Positions 55,982 through 56,290 of a stretch of DNA of 56,290 nucleotides are shown in pieces. The stretch is from NCBI GenBank assembly GCA_004796385.1, contig QZLD01000267.1, positions 1 to 56,290 of the forward strand, in the 5' to 3' direction. Positions within the stretch are counted from its first letter, which is position 1, and every line of letters begins with the position of its first letter. Below the pieces are notes generated by a model. That model ran no database searches, was not told the origin of the DNA, and was given only the letters and a program-made list of their open reading frames with translations. The translations under genes and the position numbers were made by a program. The DNA is from Gammaproteobacteria bacterium (GTDB lineage: Bacteria; Pseudomonadota; Gammaproteobacteria; QZLD01).

Positions 55982-56290
55982 ATGGCATCAGATAAAAAGA
56001 GAAAATACAAAGTCACCTTTTTAAATCATGGTGAAATCTACGAAATTTATGCGGCATCGGTTTGTCAGCCGGAGATGTACGGATTTATAGAGGTAGAAGA
56101 ACTGCTTTTTGGCGAACATACAAATATAGTTGTAGACCCATCCGAAGAGCGCCTAAAGTCAGAATTTTCGGGTGTTAAGCGCTCCTTTATTCCGTTACAC
56201 TCGGTTATAAGAATTGATGAGGTAGAGAAAGAGGGCGTAGGCAAAATTATCGAAACCAAAGATGGTTCCGGTAAGGTTGCTCAGTTTCCG
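55982..56290 (+). CDS. DUF1820-family protein (partial; continues beyond the right edge)
   Basis: Open frame from the ATG at 55982 to the window end: MASDKKRKYKVTFLNHGEIYEIYAASVCQPEMYGFIEVEELLFGEHTNIVVDPSEERLKSEFSGVKRSFIPLHSVIRIDEVEKEG. This matches the family pattern as I remember it. It is missing from the track because no stop codon is reached. Confidence 0.65.
   Translation, partial: MASDKKRKYKVTFLNHGEIYEIYAASVCQPEMYGFIEVEELLFGEHTNIVVDPSEERLKSEFSGVKRSFIPLHSVIRIDEVEKEGVGKIIETKDGSGKVAQFP

Noticed and set aside
1-56290. I looked across the whole window for CRISPR arrays, rRNA or tRNA genes, IS elements, integrases, toxin-antitoxin pairs and known defence-system signatures.
   Set aside because: I found no regularly spaced repeats, no transposase, integrase or nuclease-helicase-type ORFs, and no RNA gene signatures. 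This was a by-eye scan only, so short or degenerate elements could have been missed.

Overview
This is a 56.3-kb chromosomal window that looks gammaproteobacterial. The cues are fabA-fabB, ubiT/ubiU/ubiV, and a polar-flagellum gene order flhA-flhF-flhG-fliA-cheY-cheZ-cheA-cheB. It is moderately AT-rich by eye; I did not compute GC content. I can support 46 protein-coding genes. I see no rRNA, tRNA, CRISPR array, transposase or integrase.

Gene content, left to right:
- An [FeFe]-hydrogenase locus: hydG (partial), an HndD-like catalytic subunit, and a fused NuoE-NuoF flavoprotein.
- fabB-fabA.
- The O2-independent ubiquinone genes ubiT/ubiU/ubiV, with a YhcC-type radical SAM gene abutting ubiU.
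- A DUF485 gene and an ActP-like symporter.
- Three tandem transmembrane-less chemoreceptors, next to an Hpt-REC-REC-GGDEF protein.
- A SulP transporter.
- An RND efflux operon.
- A few small or unknown genes.
- The fliL-to-cheB flagellar export and chemotaxis block.
- uvrB, an isolated PilY1-like gene, rlmD, and a partial DUF1820 gene.

Best candidates for something new:
1. The RND outer-membrane factor carries an N-terminal periplasmic solute-binding domain.
2. The soluble chemoreceptor module has a C-terminal sensor-like domain and sits beside the pseudo-receiver diguanylate cyclase.
3. A radical SAM gene is translationally abutted to ubiU-ubiV.
4. The hydrogenase has a Cys-to-Ser-degenerate NuoE module and a non-canonical TSCSP H-cluster motif.
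5. A 54-nt element occurs in the same orientation upstream of both fliL and the pilY1-like gene.

All family assignments come from reading motifs by eye. No database search was run.
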